From contig NC_008340.1 in assembly GCF_000014785.1 (NCBI RefSeq), positions 3,210,001 to 3,242,000 on the forward strand: DNA of 32,000 nucleotides. The letters are read 5' to 3'. The position numbers and the translations under genes were made by a program. The DNA is from Alkalilimnicola ehrlichii MLHE-1 (GTDB lineage: Bacteria > Pseudomonadota > Gammaproteobacteria > Nitrococcales > Halorhodospiraceae). Below are positions 1-11,577 of the stretch, piece after piece; within the stretch, counting starts at the first letter, position 1; each line of letters opens with the position of its first letter. The notes below the pieces were generated by a model. It was not told the DNA's origin and made no database searches. It saw only the letters and a program-made list of their open reading frames with translations.

Positions 1-424
1 CGGGCAGCAGGGCCGGCAGCACCCCGCGCACCGCACCGCCCGCGCCAATGACCAGCACCCGCCGTCCCTGCAGCGCGGCACCGTGGTTCACGGTCAGATC
101 CCGCACCAGACCGGTGCCGTCGGTGTTGTCCCCCACCAGCCGGCCGGCCTCCGCCAGCAGGGTGTTCACTGCCCCGGCCCGCTCGGCACGGGGCGCGCGC
201 CGGTCGACCAGGACCCAAGCCTGCTCCTTGAAGGGGACGGTGATGTTCAGCCCCTTCCCGCCGCTGGCGAAGAAGGCGCGCACCGCCGGCTCGAAGCCCT
301 CCAGCGGCACCCGCATCCGCTCGTAGGCGATGGCCTGGCCGGTCTGCTCGGCGAACATCCGGTGGATCTCGGGCGACTTGCTGTGCTCGATGGGGTTGCC
401 CATCACGGCATAACGGTCCGTCAT
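1..424 (-). CDS. aroE: Shikimate dehydrogenase, partial (3' end lies outside the window)
   Basis: Reverse-strand translation from the ATG at 424 begins [30 protein letters not shown] and continues with [15 protein letters not shown] and [12 protein letters not shown], then a GAGGAVRGV nucleotide-binding loop. These are typical AroE motifs. It is missing from the supplied ORF track, apparently because it runs off the edge. Confidence 0.93.
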   Translation of the reverse strand, partial: MTDRYAVMGNPIEHSKSPEIHRMFAEQTGQAIAYERMRVPLEGFEPAVRAFFASGGKGLNITVPFKEQAWVLVDRRAPRAERAGAVNTLLAEAGRLVGDNTDGTGLVRDLTVNHGAALQGRRVLVIGAGGAVRGVLPALLP

Positions 425-509
425 AACCACTCCCGGGCTGGCATAGTTGCGCCAGGGATTGTAACCGGACCGCGGCCGCGATGCGCCAGTGGCCAGGACA
501 GGCCCCGGG

Positions 510-1766
510 TCAGCCGCCAAAGGCCAGCATCAGCAGATAGAAGAAGAAGACCGCCAGGATGCCGCCCGCCGGCAGGGTCACCAGCCAGGACATGAACACA
601 CCACCCACCACGCGCAGGTTCAGCGCCGCAATACCGCGGGCGAGGCCGATACCGAGCACCGCGCCCACCAGGGTCTGGGTGGTGGAGATGGGCAGGCCGA
701 AACCGGAGGCGAAGACCACCGTGCCGGCGGTGGCCAGACCGCAGGCGAAGCCCCGGCTGGGGGTGAGCTGGGTGATATTGCTGCCCACCGTGGCGATCAC
801 GTGGTGGCCCAGCATAAACAGGCCGGCGACGATGCCACCACCGCCCAGCAGCAGGATCCACAGGGGCAGCTCGGCCTGGGCCGTTACGTCGCCATCACTG
901 GTCACCACACTGACCACCGCCGCCACCGGCCCGATGGCGTTGGCGACATCGTTGGAGCCGTGGGCGAAGGCCATGGCACAGGCCACCACCACCATCAGCA
1001 CACCGAAGACCCGCTCCACCGAGGCGAAGTGGAAATCCCGATCGGCGCTGGGGTCGACCCCGATGCGCGCCACCAAGCCCTTGCCCACCAGCCACAGTGC
1101 CACGGCGAAGAACAGTGAGTAGCCATAGCTCTGCGCCTCGCTGATCTCCAGCCCCAGATGACCCAGGCCCTTGAGCAGGGTGACCGAGGCGATGACAAAG
1201 CCCGTCAGGCCGATGTAGACCGGCACCCAGACGCGGGCCGCGCGGAGCGGATCGGGGGTGTCAAAGACCAGGTACTGGACACTGCGGAAGAGCAGGAAAC
1301 TGGCGATACCCGCCAGCACCGGCGACACCACCCAACTCGCCACCACGGTGCCCACCACCCCCCACTGCACGGCGCTCCAGCCGACAGCGGCGATGGCGAA
1401 ACCGACCAGCGCGCCGATGATCGAGTGGGTGGTGGAGACCGGCCAGCCCTTCTTCGAGGCCACCAGCAGCCAGGTACCGGCGGCCGCCAGGGCCGCCAGC
1501 ATGCCGAAGACCAGCACCTCCGGCGAGTCCTCCATCAGGCCGGCGTCGACAATGCCGCTGCGCACCGTGGCGGTGACTTCACCCCCGGCCAGGACGGCCC
1601 CCGCGAACTCGAAGATCGCCGCCACCACCACCGCCTGGCGGATAGTGAGCACCTTCGAGCCCACGGAGGGCGCCATGGCGTTGGCCACATCGTTCGCCCC
1701 GATGCCCCAGGCCATGAACAGCCCGAAGGCGGCGGCCAACACCAGGTATACGACACCGTATTCCAT
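510..1766 (-). CDS. Inorganic phosphate transporter, PiT family
   Basis: 418 aa multi-TM protein with duplicated PiT signatures [16 protein letters not shown] and [15 protein letters not shown]. Confidence 0.93.
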   Translation of the reverse strand: MEYGVVYLVLAAAFGLFMAWGIGANDVANAMAPSVGSKVLTIRQAVVVAAIFEFAGAVLAGGEVTATVRSGIVDAGLMEDSPEVLVFGMLAALAAAGTWLLVASKKGWPVSTTHSIIGALVGFAIAAVGWSAVQWGVVGTVVASWVVSPVLAGIASFLLFRSVQYLVFDTPDPLRAARVWVPVYIGLTGFVIASVTLLKGLGHLGLEISEAQSYGYSLFFAVALWLVGKGLVARIGVDPSADRDFHFASVERVFGVLMVVVACAMAFAHGSNDVANAIGPVAAVVSVVTSDGDVTAQAELPLWILLLGGGGIVAGLFMLGHHVIATVGSNITQLTPSRGFACGLATAGTVVFASGFGLPISTTQTLVGAVLGIGLARGIAALNLRVVGGVFMSWLVTLPAGGILAVFFFYLLMLAFGG

Positions 1767-1783
1767 GCGTGGCTGGCGCTCCC

Positions 1784-2458
1784 TCAGCGGGCCATCAGGA
1801 TTTGCAGTCGGCTTCCGGTCTGCTGGGCCCGGTCCGCCAGGGTCCCCACCCGTTCGATCAGTTGGTAGAGGAACATGACATCGACGGGGGGGATGCGTGG
1901 CTCCAGCTTCTGCAGCAGGCTGCGCAGCTGGACCTGCATACGGTCGGTGTCATGCTCGATGGCGTCCAGCTTGTCGAGCATTTCCTGCACCACCTCCACC
2001 TCGGCGCCGCGGAAACCGGTCTCCACCAGCTCGTCCAGCTGGTCCACGGTGTTCTTGGCCTGGCGGGAGGCATCGATGGCGCGGTTGAGAAAATCCATGA
2101 AGGGATCGACCAGCGGCTCCGGGAGCTGCATTTTGCGACCCAGCACCAGGCCGGCGATGTCCTTGGCCTTGTTGGCGATGCGGTCCTGGGCACGCAGCAG
2201 TTCGAGGAAGTCGGCTCGGTCGAAAGGCATGAACATGCTGTGGGGCAGTTTGTTGCGCAGTTCCTTCTTAAGGGCGTCGGCCTCGCGTTCAAGGTCGGTG
2301 ACCCGCTGCTGGGCCGTGGCCACGGCGTTGTAGTCGCCCTCGGAGACCGCCTTGAAAAGGGGCACCAGCGCCTCGGCACAATCCAGCACCTTGGCCATAT
2401 GGTGCTGCAGGGGGCTGACAGGCGAGCGCCCAAAGATGGATGAGAAGTAGCTTTTCAT
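1784..2458 (-). CDS. DUF47 / TIGR00153-type PhoU-like phosphate transport accessory protein
   Basis: 224 aa, MKSYFSSIFGRSPVSPLQHHMAKVLDCAEALVPLFKAVSEGDYNAV..., directly upstream of the PiT gene on the same strand, which is the usual pairing. Confidence 0.88.
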   Translation of the reverse strand: MKSYFSSIFGRSPVSPLQHHMAKVLDCAEALVPLFKAVSEGDYNAVATAQQRVTDLEREADALKKELRNKLPHSMFMPFDRADFLELLRAQDRIANKAKDIAGLVLGRKMQLPEPLVDPFMDFLNRAIDASRQAKNTVDQLDELVETGFRGAEVEVVQEMLDKLDAIEHDTDRMQVQLRSLLQKLEPRIPPVDVMFLYQLIERVGTLADRAQQTGSRLQILMAR

Positions 2459-2543
2459 GGGCCCGGATTCCGGGTGTCTGCCGGGCCTTGAATACTACAG
2501 CAGGGGAAAGCGCTTGATAAAGTAGAGCTTGGGCTGATCGCCG

Positions 2544-3745
<1,202 letters not shown>

Positions 3746-3909
3746 GGGTCAACTCCTGTTCATCTTCAGTCGCTATTCTCCCACAAGCCCCCCCTGTGGC
3801 TGAAGTCATCCATTCGGATGGCGCGGCGGTAAACCGCGCTCTCAAGTACTTTTTTCGCCGACCGAATCCCGCTACGTTGTGGCGGAATGGTTAACCAGGA
3901 GCCCCGCTG

Positions 3910-4896
3910 ATGACACCTCCCACCCGCGTACTCAACTGGATGGCCCTATTCATTGTGGCGGTGGGCGCCGTCTGTGCGCTGCTCTGGGTCCCGTTGCTGG
4001 ATGCCTTGCTCGCCAACCCGGTGTTCAACGGCATGATCCTGATGGCCCTCTTGGTGGGGTTGGCCATCAACGTGCGCCAAGTGGTCATCCTGGCCCCCGA
4101 GGCCCGCTGGGTGGACGGCATGCGTCAGGGCTATTCGGACCAGGGTCCGGGCCCGCGCGCCAGCCCGTTGCAGGCCCTGCGCCACACCATGAGCCGGCGC
4201 GGGGAGCGGCCACGGCTCTCCACGCTGGCTGCGCGCACCCTGCTGGACGGCGTGCGTGGCCGCCTGGACGACAGCCGCGACCTCTCCCGCTACTTCATCG
4301 GGCTGCTGATCTTTCTCGGTCTGCTGGGCACCTTCTGGGGCCTGCTCGACACCCTGGGGGCCATCGGCTCGGTACTCGCCGGGCTGTCGCCGGAGGGCCA
4401 GGAGGCGGCGTCCCTGTTTGCCGCGCTGCGCGATGGTCTGCAGGAGCCGCTTGCCGGCATGGGCACCGCCTTCAGCTCCTCGCTGTTCGGGCTCGGCGGC
4501 GCCCTGGTGCTCGGCTTTGTCGACCTGCAGACCGGCCACGCCCAGAACCGCTTCTACAACGAGTTGGAGGAGTGGCTCTCCGGCTACGTCAGCACCGGTG
4601 GCACGGTGGCCGACGGCGAGCAGGCAGTCCCGGCCTACATCGAGGCCCTGCTGGAGCAGACCGCCGACAGCCTGGACAAGCTGCAGCGGACCATGCAACG
4701 CGCTGAGGACCAGCGCCACGGCCACGTCGATGAGACGCTCATGCACCACCTGCGCAACATGGACACCTGCCTGATGCGGCTGCTGGAGGACATGCCCACC
4801 CACCGCACCCAACTGACCGATGAGCTGCGCAGCGAGATCCGGCTGCTGGCTCGCACCCTGGCCGGCAGCCGCGGGGCCGGAGGCCGCGATGCTTGA
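3910..4896 (+). CDS. MotA/TolQ/ExbB-like proton-channel family membrane protein
   Basis: 328 aa with an N-terminal TM pair, then FIGLLIFLGLLGTFWGLLDTLGAIGSV and GMGTAFSSSLFGLGGALVLGFVDLQ, typical of the MotA/TolQ/ExbB fold. Confidence 0.8.
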   Translation: MTPPTRVLNWMALFIVAVGAVCALLWVPLLDALLANPVFNGMILMALLVGLAINVRQVVILAPEARWVDGMRQGYSDQGPGPRASPLQALRHTMSRRGERPRLSTLAARTLLDGVRGRLDDSRDLSRYFIGLLIFLGLLGTFWGLLDTLGAIGSVLAGLSPEGQEAASLFAALRDGLQEPLAGMGTAFSSSLFGLGGALVLGFVDLQTGHAQNRFYNELEEWLSGYVSTGGTVADGEQAVPAYIEALLEQTADSLDKLQRTMQRAEDQRHGHVDETLMHHLRNMDTCLMRLLEDMPTHRTQLTDELRSEIRLLARTLAGSRGAGGRDA

Positions 4897-5977
4897 GGAC
4901 ACCCGCCGCCGACGCCGGGGGCTGAACATCTGGCCGGGCTACGTGGACGCCCTGGCCACCCTGCTGCTGCTGTTCGTCTTCGTGCTGTCGCTGTTCATGG
5001 TGGCCCAGTACGTCCTCAGCGACGCCCTGTCCGGGCGCGAGGCGGCGTTGGCACGGCTGCAGGCCGATATCGACGCCCTCACCGAGATCATCGCCCTGGA
5101 ACGGGAGGAGCGTGCCGGGGTGGAGGAGGAGCTGGCCGAGCTGGAGGCCCGGCTGGTCGCCACCCTCGCCGAGCGCGATCAGGCACGCGCCCGGGTCAGC
5201 ACCCTGGAGGCACAGCAGGCCGCCCTCGAGGACAGTCTGGCCGATCAGGAGGAGGCCCTGGACGAGGCGGCGGCGCGCCGCGCGGAGCTTCGGGACCGGC
5301 TGGCCGGCCGCGAGGCGGACCTGGCCCGCGAGCGCGCCCTCACCGACGAACAGGCCGCCCGCATCGACCGGCTGCACCGGCAGATCATCGCCCTGAGAGA
5401 GCAGCTCACCGCCCTGTCCGAGGCACTCGACCTCAGCGAGGCCACCGCCGCGGCCCAGCGCGCCGAGATCCGCGATCTCGGCCAGCGCCTCAATCTGGCG
5501 CTGGCGGAGCGGGTGCAGGAACTGGCCCGCTATCGCTCGGAGTTCTTTGGTCGGCTGCGCGAGGTACTGGGTGATCACCCGGACATCCGGATTGAGGGCG
5601 ACCGCTTTCTGTTCCAGTCCGAGCTGCTGTTCGCTACCGCCTCGGCGGATCTCGGTGGCGAGGGCCGGGAGCAGCTCGAGGGGCTGGCCACCACCCTGCA
5701 CGAATTGCGCGGGCGCATCCCGGACGACCTGGACTGGGTCCTGCAAGTGGAGGGCCACACCGATCGCCGCCCCATCCGCACCGCCGAGTTCCCGTCCAAC
5801 TGGGAGCTCTCCACCGCCCGCGCCCAGACCATCGTGCGCTACCTGATGGACCAGGGCATCCCGCCGGAACGGCTGGCCGCCGCCGGCTTCGCCGAATACC
5901 ATCCGGTGGACGACCGCGACACCCCGGAGGCCTGGGCCCGCAACCGGCGCATCGAACTGCGATTGACCAACCGCTAG
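4889..5977 (+). CDS. OmpA/MotB-like protein: one N-terminal TM helix, long coiled coil, C-terminal peptidoglycan-binding domain
   Basis: MLEDTRRRRRGLNIWPGYVDALATLLLLFVFVLSLFMVAQYVL, a long Ala/Glu/Arg-rich coiled coil, then WVLQVEGHTDRRPI...NWELSTARAQTIVRYLMDQGIPPERLAAAGFAEYHPVD...NRRIELRLTN. The start was reassigned from the ORF at 4820 to the ATG at 4889, giving an 8-nt overlap with the upstream gene. Confidence 0.87.
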   Translation: MLEDTRRRRRGLNIWPGYVDALATLLLLFVFVLSLFMVAQYVLSDALSGREAALARLQADIDALTEIIALEREERAGVEEELAELEARLVATLAERDQARARVSTLEAQQAALEDSLADQEEALDEAAARRAELRDRLAGREADLARERALTDEQAARIDRLHRQIIALREQLTALSEALDLSEATAAAQRAEIRDLGQRLNLALAERVQELARYRSEFFGRLREVLGDHPDIRIEGDRFLFQSELLFATASADLGGEGREQLEGLATTLHELRGRIPDDLDWVLQVEGHTDRRPIRTAEFPSNWELSTARAQTIVRYLMDQGIPPERLAAAGFAEYHPVDDRDTPEAWARNRRIELRLTNR

Positions 5978-6025
5978 CGGCCGGACGATGGGTGCCGGGG
6001 CGGCCCACGGGACTTGGAGGAAGGC

Positions 6026-6541
6026 ATGGCATCATCCCCACCCACGGTATTCTTCGCCCACGGCAAGGAATCCGGCCCCTGGGGCCGCAAGATCACCGCC
6101 CTGGCGGAGGTGGCCCGCGCCGCCGGCTTCCAGGTGGAAAGCCCCGACTACAGCCACACCCATGACCCCGATGAGCGGGTGCGCCAGCTACTGGCACTGG
6201 CACCGCAGGCGCGGTCCCGGCCGCTGGTGCTGGTCGGCTCCAGCATGGGCGGTTATGTCTCGGCCGTGGCCGCCGCCACCATCCCCGTGGACGGGCTGTT
6301 CCTGCTGGCCCCCGCCCTCTACCTGCCGGGCTACCCGGCGCAGCCCCACTGCCAGGCCCGGCAGATGACCGTGGTCCACGGCTGGAATGACGACATCGTG
6401 CCGGTGGACAACGGCATTCGGCTGGCACGGGAACACCGGGCCCGGCTGCATGTGCTGAATGCCGGGCACGATCTCAACGAGACCATCCCCTGGCTCTGCG
6501 CCTGTTTCGACCGCTTTCTCGGTGAGGTCCAGGCCCGATAA
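6026..6541 (+). CDS. Alpha/beta hydrolase, YqiA/UPF0227-like esterase
   Basis: VFFAHGKESGPWGRKI, nucleophile elbow VGSSMGGY, VVHGWNDDIVP, and catalytic-His context NAGHDLNE. A GGAGG lies just upstream of the ATG at 6026. Confidence 0.78.
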   Translation: MASSPPTVFFAHGKESGPWGRKITALAEVARAAGFQVESPDYSHTHDPDERVRQLLALAPQARSRPLVLVGSSMGGYVSAVAAATIPVDGLFLLAPALYLPGYPAQPHCQARQMTVVHGWNDDIVPVDNGIRLAREHRARLHVLNAGHDLNETIPWLCACFDRFLGEVQAR

Positions 6542-6596
6542 CGCAAACGGCCCGCCATGATGACGGGCCGCCTGCCATGACCTGCCAGCGCCACAA

Positions 6597-7475
6597 TCAG
6601 GTCAGGCGGGTGCGTCGCTCCACCAGATCGTGGATGATGGGGGTGAGGATCAGCTCCATGGCGAACCCCATCTTGCCCCCCGGCACCACGATGGTGTTGC
6701 GCCGAGACATGAAGGAGTCCTTGATCATGTTCAGCAGGTAGGGGAAGTCGATCCCGAACTTCTCCGGCTTGCGGAAGCGGATCACCACGAAACTCTCATC
6801 GTGCGTGGGGATATCCCGCGCGATGAAGGGGTTGGAGGTGTCCACCGTGGGCACGCGCTGGAAGTTGATGTCGGTGCGCGAGAACTGCGGCGTCAGGCAG
6901 GTGACATAGTCCTCCATCCGGCGCAGGATGGTGTCCACGGTCTTCTCCGCCGCGTAGCCCCGCTCCGCCTGGTCGCGGTGGATCTTCTGGATCCACTCGA
7001 GGTTGACGATAGGCACCACCCCGATCAGCAAGTCCACCCACCGGGCCACATCCACCTCCTCGGTGACGACCCCGCCGTGCAGCCCCTCGTAGAAGAGCAG
7101 ATCGGTACCCGATTCCACCCGCTCCCAGGCGGTGAACTCGCCCGGGGCCACCCCGCGGTGCTCGGCCTCCTCGTCATTGTGCACATAGTAGCGCCGCTCA
7201 CAGCTGCCGGTCTCCGAGTACTCGCGGAAGGTGGACTCGAGCTTGTCGAACAGGTTCGCTTCCGGGCCAAAATGGCTGAGATTGCGCCCATCTTCGTTGG
7301 CCTGCTTGATCGCCTGCTTCATCTCCTGCCGGTTATACCGGTGAAAACTGTCACCCTCGACGATGCAGGGTGCCACATGCTCACGATGGAAGATGTGCTC
7401 GAACGCATCCTTGACAGTACTGGTCCCCGCTCCCGAGGACCCGGTCACGGCGATGATGGGATATTTTCTGGACAT
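6597..7475 (-). CDS. prkB: Phosphoribulokinase (proteobacterial type)
   Basis: 292 aa, MSRKYPIIAVTGSSGAGTSTVKDAFEHIF...VEGDSFHRYNRQEM...HFGPEANLFDKLE. Confidence 0.95.
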   Translation of the reverse strand: MSRKYPIIAVTGSSGAGTSTVKDAFEHIFHREHVAPCIVEGDSFHRYNRQEMKQAIKQANEDGRNLSHFGPEANLFDKLESTFREYSETGSCERRYYVHNDEEAEHRGVAPGEFTAWERVESGTDLLFYEGLHGGVVTEEVDVARWVDLLIGVVPIVNLEWIQKIHRDQAERGYAAEKTVDTILRRMEDYVTCLTPQFSRTDINFQRVPTVDTSNPFIARDIPTHDESFVVIRFRKPEKFGIDFPYLLNMIKDSFMSRRNTIVVPGGKMGFAMELILTPIIHDLVERRTRLT

Positions 7476-7536
7476 GCTTGACTCCTCCTGACGCCGGGGC
7501 GCGCCGCCTCTACGGAACGGTCACACCCGGTCTGGT

Positions 7537-8229
7537 TTATGAGGCGGTGGGCCCGGGCCGCTCGGCCTGGGCCAGTTCCGCCCGCATGCTTTCGATGGTT
7601 TTCCGGTAATCGTCCGTCCCGAAGATCGCTGAGCCGGCCACGAAGGTATCGGCCCCCGCCTCGGCCACCGCGCGGATGTTGTCCACCTTCACCCCGCCAT
7701 CCACCTCCAGGCGGATGTCCCGGCCCGAGGCATCAATCAGTGCCCGCGCCTCGCGCAGTTTGTCCAGGGTGCCCGGGATAAACTTCTGCCCGCCAAAGCC
7801 CGGGTTCACCGACATCAGCAGCACCATATCCACCTTCTCCATCACGTATTTCAGGACATCGAGCGGCGTGGCCGGGTTGAACACCAGTCCGGCCTTGCAG
7901 CCGCAATCGCGCACCAGTTGCAGACTACGGTCGACATGCTCGCTGGCCTCCGGGTGGAACGTGATGTAATTAGCACCCGCCTCGGCAAAATCGGGGATGA
8001 TCCGGTCCACCGGCTTGATCATCAGGTGGACGTCGATGGGCGCGGTCACCCCGTGCTTGCGCAGCGCTTCGCAGACCAGCGGCCCGATGGTGAGGTTGGG
8101 GACATAATGATTGTCCATGACATCGAAATGCACCATGTCGGCCCCGGCGGACAGGACGTTATCCACCTCCTCCCCCAGGCGGGCAAAATCGGCGGACAGA
8201 ATGGACGGTGCGATCTTATAATCAGTCAT
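7537..8229 (-). CDS. rpe: Ribulose-phosphate 3-epimerase
   Basis: 230 aa from [22 protein letters not shown], with [17 protein letters not shown] and [12 protein letters not shown]. The start was trimmed from the ORF at 8409. Confidence 0.96.
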   Translation of the reverse strand: MTDYKIAPSILSADFARLGEEVDNVLSAGADMVHFDVMDNHYVPNLTIGPLVCEALRKHGVTAPIDVHLMIKPVDRIIPDFAEAGANYITFHPEASEHVDRSLQLVRDCGCKAGLVFNPATPLDVLKYVMEKVDMVLLMSVNPGFGGQKFIPGTLDKLREARALIDASGRDIRLEVDGGVKVDNIRAVAEAGADTFVAGSAIFGTDDYRKTIESMRAELAQAERPGPTAS

Positions 8230-8504
8230 GGCTCTCTCCTCATGCTTCCGGGTCGCGAATACCGGCGCGGCCCCGGAATCGGTTGGCCCGATTATGCGGA
8301 CAGCGGCGCGCCGGGATTCAATTAAGGATTGGTTATCATAACGATAAAGGGCCCTCCCGGGAGACCCCGGAGACCTTCCCGGGGACGGGTAAAAAAACCT
8401 TTCTATCAATAGCTTGGCCGGCCGCGGCAGACCTGCCGGCTGGAGGCATTATCGCAGCCCCCAGCGGAAGCCGGGTGCGGCAATTGGTCCCGGGGTGGCG
8501 CCGC

Positions 8505-9434
8505 TCAGGCGCTGCTATCGGTGGGCTGCTGGGGCAACTGCCAGTGGTCCTCGGCCTCTTCCAGGACGAAACGGCGGAACTCCGCGGCCACCGGCGAGAG
8601 GCGCTTGCCCGCCCGATGCACCACGTACCACTGGCGCTGGATCGGGAATCCGACCACGTCCAGGATCGCCAGGCAGCCGAGACTCAACTCCATGGCCAGG
8701 GTGTGTTGCGAGACCAGACCCAGGCCCAGCCCGGCCTGCACCGCCTGCTTCAGGGCCTCGTTGCTGCTCATCTCCATCTCGGACTGCAGCTGCACCCCCT
8801 GGCGGGCGAAGAACCGCTCCATGGCCACCCGCGTACCAGAGCCGCGCTCACGCACCACGAAAAGTTCGTTTTGCAAGCGCTCGGGCGGGATGTCGTGCTC
8901 CCGGGTCAAGGGATGGTCGGGATTGGCGATGACCACCAGGGGGTTGGCCATGAAGGCATCCGCCACCAGCTCCTGCCCCTCCGGCGGCTGCCCCATGATC
9001 ACCACGTCACGCTCATTCTCCATGAGCAGGCGCAACAGCCCCTCGCGGTTGGTGACATCCAGGCTGAAACTGACCCCGGGATTGCGACGGGAGAAGGCCG
9101 CCAACAGATGGGTGGCGAAGTAGTTCGCCGTGGTAGCCACGGCCACGCCCAGGCGCCCCCGGTTCAGCCCCTGCAGCTCCTCCATCACCAGTTGCGCCTC
9201 GCGCAGCTCGCGCATGATCCGCCGGGCGAAGCCCACCAACTCACGGCCGGCCTCGGTGAGATAGATGCGCTTGCCCAACTGTTCGAACAGCGGCAGCCCG
9301 ACTTGGCTTTCCAACTGTTTGATTTGCATGGAGACGGCCGGCTGGGTGAGGAACAGCTCCTCACTGGCCCGGGTGAAACTCAGGTGCCGGGCCACCGATT
9401 CGAAGACGCGCAGCTGTCGAAGTGTGACGTTCAT
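8505..9434 (-). CDS. cbbR: LysR-type transcriptional regulator CbbR
   Basis: 309 aa, [63 protein letters not shown], and divergent from cbbL. Confidence 0.93.
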   Translation of the reverse strand: MNVTLRQLRVFESVARHLSFTRASEELFLTQPAVSMQIKQLESQVGLPLFEQLGKRIYLTEAGRELVGFARRIMRELREAQLVMEELQGLNRGRLGVAVATTANYFATHLLAAFSRRNPGVSFSLDVTNREGLLRLLMENERDVVIMGQPPEGQELVADAFMANPLVVIANPDHPLTREHDIPPERLQNELFVVRERGSGTRVAMERFFARQGVQLQSEMEMSSNEALKQAVQAGLGLGLVSQHTLAMELSLGCLAILDVVGFPIQRQWYVVHRAGKRLSPVAAEFRRFVLEEAEDHWQLPQQPTDSSA

Positions 9435-9442
9435 GGGGTCAA

Positions 9443-9483
9443 TTTATAAGACTTTCCTTATGCCCTCAATCAGAAGGATTGAG
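9443..9483. promoter_or_regulatory. Candidate CbbR operator/promoter region of cbbL
   Basis: Short inverted repeats ATAAG-actttc-CTTAT (about 9446-9461) and CTCAATC-agaag-GATTGAG (9465-9483) in the 143-bp cbbR/cbbL intergenic region. The CTTATGC motif is at 9457. Confidence 0.4.
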
Positions 9484-9577
9484 TTTTCTTTTGGTTTGCC
9501 CGGGTTATCCTGCCATGGACGCGGGAAAACGGGATCGCCCGGACCGCAACCGCAAGAACCCTGGAGGAGAACCGGCA

Positions 9578-10999
9578 ATGTCCAGCAAAAGCTATTCAGC
9601 AGGCGTCAAAGATTATCGCGATACCTATTGGGAGCCCGACTACCAGGTCAAGGACAGTGACTTCCTGGCCTGTTTCAAGGTCGTGCCGCAGGCCGGCGTG
9701 CCCCGTGAGGAGGCCGCCGCCGCCGTGGCCGCCGAGTCCTCCACCGGCACCTGGACCACCGTGTGGACGGACCTGCTGACGGACCTGGATTATTACAAGG
9801 GCCGTGCCTACAAGATCGAGGACGTGCCCGGCGACGACGAAGCCTTCTACGCCTTTATTGCCTACCCCATCGACCTGTTCGAAGAGAGCTCGGTGGTCAA
9901 TGTCTTCACCTCCCTGGTGGGCAACGTCTTCGGCTTCAAGGCCGTGCGCAGCCTGCGCCTGGAGGACGTGCGCATCCCGCTGGCCTATGTGATGACCTGC
10001 AACGGCCCGCCCCACGGCATCCAGGTGGAGCGGGACAAGATGGACAAGTACGGCCGCGGCCTGCTCGGCTGCACCATCAAGCCCAAGCTCGGTCTGTCCG
10101 CCAAGAACTATGGCCGTGCGGTCTACGAGTGCCTGCGCGGTGGCCTGGACTTCACCAAGGACGACGAAAACGTCAACTCCCAGCCCTTCATGCGCTGGCG
10201 CGACCGCTTCCTGTTCGTCCAGGAGGCCACCGAGAAGGCGCAGCAGGAGACCGGCGAGCGCAAGGGCCACTACCTGAACGTCACCGCCCCCTCGCCTGAG
10301 GAGATGTACGAGCGCGCGGAGTTCGCCAAGGAGATCGGTGCCCCGATCATCATGCACGACTTCCTCACCGGCGGCTTCTGCGCCAACACCGGCCTCGCCC
10401 GCTGGTGCCGCAAGAACGGCATGCTGCTGCACATCCACCGCGCCATGCACGCGGTGATGGACCGCAACCCGCGCCACGGCATCCACTTCCGGGTCCTGGC
10501 CAAGGCCCTGCGCCTGAGCGGCGGCGACCACCTGCACACCGGCACCGTGGTGGGCAAGCTGGAGGGCGACCGCGCCGCCACCGAGGGCTGGATCGACCTG
10601 CTGCGTGAACGCTTTATCCCCGAGGACCGGGCCCGCGGCATCTTCTTCGATCAGGACTGGGGCGCCATGCCCGGCGTCTTCGCGGTGGCCTCCGGTGGTA
10701 TCCACGTCTGGCACATGCCGGCGCTGGTCTCCATCTTCGGCGACGATGCCGTCTTCCAGTTCGGCGGCGGCACCCTGGGCCACCCTTGGGGCAACGCGGC
10801 CGGCGCCGCGGCCAACCGGGTGGCGCTCGAGGCCTGCGTCAAGGCGCGCAACGAGGGCCGCAACTTGGAGCGGGAAGGCAAGGAGATCCTGCAGGCCGCT
10901 GCCCAGCACAGCCCCGAGCTGAAGATCGCCATGGAGACCTGGAAGGAGATCAAGTTCGAATTCGAGACGGTGGACAAGCTGGACACGACGCACCGCTAA
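9578..10999 (+). CDS. cbbL: RuBisCO large subunit, form I (form IA-like)
   Basis: 473 aa from [36 protein letters not shown], with active-site [29 protein letters not shown] precedes the ATG. Confidence 0.99.
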   Translation: MSSKSYSAGVKDYRDTYWEPDYQVKDSDFLACFKVVPQAGVPREEAAAAVAAESSTGTWTTVWTDLLTDLDYYKGRAYKIEDVPGDDEAFYAFIAYPIDLFEESSVVNVFTSLVGNVFGFKAVRSLRLEDVRIPLAYVMTCNGPPHGIQVERDKMDKYGRGLLGCTIKPKLGLSAKNYGRAVYECLRGGLDFTKDDENVNSQPFMRWRDRFLFVQEATEKAQQETGERKGHYLNVTAPSPEEMYERAEFAKEIGAPIIMHDFLTGGFCANTGLARWCRKNGMLLHIHRAMHAVMDRNPRHGIHFRVLAKALRLSGGDHLHTGTVVGKLEGDRAATEGWIDLLRERFIPEDRARGIFFDQDWGAMPGVFAVASGGIHVWHMPALVSIFGDDAVFQFGGGTLGHPWGNAAGAAANRVALEACVKARNEGRNLEREGKEILQAAAQHSPELKIAMETWKEIKFEFETVDKLDTTHR

Positions 11000-11054
11000 G
11001 CCGCCGATACCCAACAGTACGCAAACAGCGACCGATTACTTGGAGGAGAACCCC

Positions 11055-11411
11055 ATGAGTCAGGTTCAAGACTATCCGTCCAGCCTCTCCGATCCGACCA
11101 GCCGCAAGCTGGGTACCTTTTCGTACCTGCCGCCGATGACCGATGACGAACTGCGCCGGCAGGTGGAGTACATTATCGAGAAGGGCTGGAACCCGGCCAT
11201 TGAGCACAGCGAGCCGGAGAACGCGCACATGTACTTCTGGTATATGTGGAAGCTGCCGATGTTCGGCGAAACCGACGTGGACCGGGTGCTGGCGGAGGCC
11301 GAGGCGTGCCACAAGGCGCACCCCAACAACCATGTCCGCCTGATCGGCTACGACAACTACGCCCAGTCCCAGGGCGCCGCCATGACCGTTTACCGCGCCA
11401 CGCCGCGGTAA
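11055..11411 (+). CDS. cbbS: RuBisCO small subunit
   Basis: 118 aa, [54 protein letters not shown], with GGAGGA upstream. Confidence 0.98.
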   Translation: MSQVQDYPSSLSDPTSRKLGTFSYLPPMTDDELRRQVEYIIEKGWNPAIEHSEPENAHMYFWYMWKLPMFGETDVDRVLAEAEACHKAHPNNHVRLIGYDNYAQSQGAAMTVYRATPR

Positions 11412-11423
11412 ACGGTCATGCCC

Positions 11424-11509
11424 TGCGGGTCCCTCAGGCCCTCCCCCTGGAGCGGAACGCCCGGCTGACCGTCGGCGCATTGCCCCACGGGGAGGGCCCG
11501 GGACCTGCA
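11424..11509 (+). promoter_or_regulatory. Strong stem-loop in the cbbS-cbbQ intergenic region
   Basis: GGCCCTCCCC (11437-11446) pairs perfectly with GGGGAGGGCC (11489-11498). TGCGGGTCCC (11424-11433) pairs with GGGACCTGCA (11500-11509) with one G-U. Confidence 0.6.
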
Positions 11510-11577
11510 CCAGGCGCGGGGGCCCACCCCGCCCTGTCCCTCCCCGCCACGCCGGCCTGAAGAACGGGTAGACCGCC

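Noticed and set aside
3910-6541. Zorya-type anti-phage defence system
   Set aside because: The first two genes resemble ZorA/ZorB in general architecture. However, the next gene is a small YqiA-like hydrolase and there is no ZorC, ZorD helicase or ZorE nuclease nearby. Kept only as a MotA/OmpA-like pair.
6548-6570. CGGCCCG/CGGGCCG hairpin between the hydrolase gene and prkB, as a bidirectional terminator
   Set aside because: Only 7 bp with no flanking T or A tract. Plausible for a convergent junction but too weak to list as a feature.
8378-8450. Possible intrinsic terminator for cbbR near the A7/T7 run (8391-8397)
   Set aside because: Reading the minus strand, the T run follows AGAAAGG rather than an immediately adjacent strong stem. 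The small GGCAG/CTGCC hairpin is too far away.
9596-11014. 472-aa minus-strand ORF opposite cbbL
   Set aside because: Antisense GC-bias shadow of RuBisCO large subunit, with no recognisable domain.
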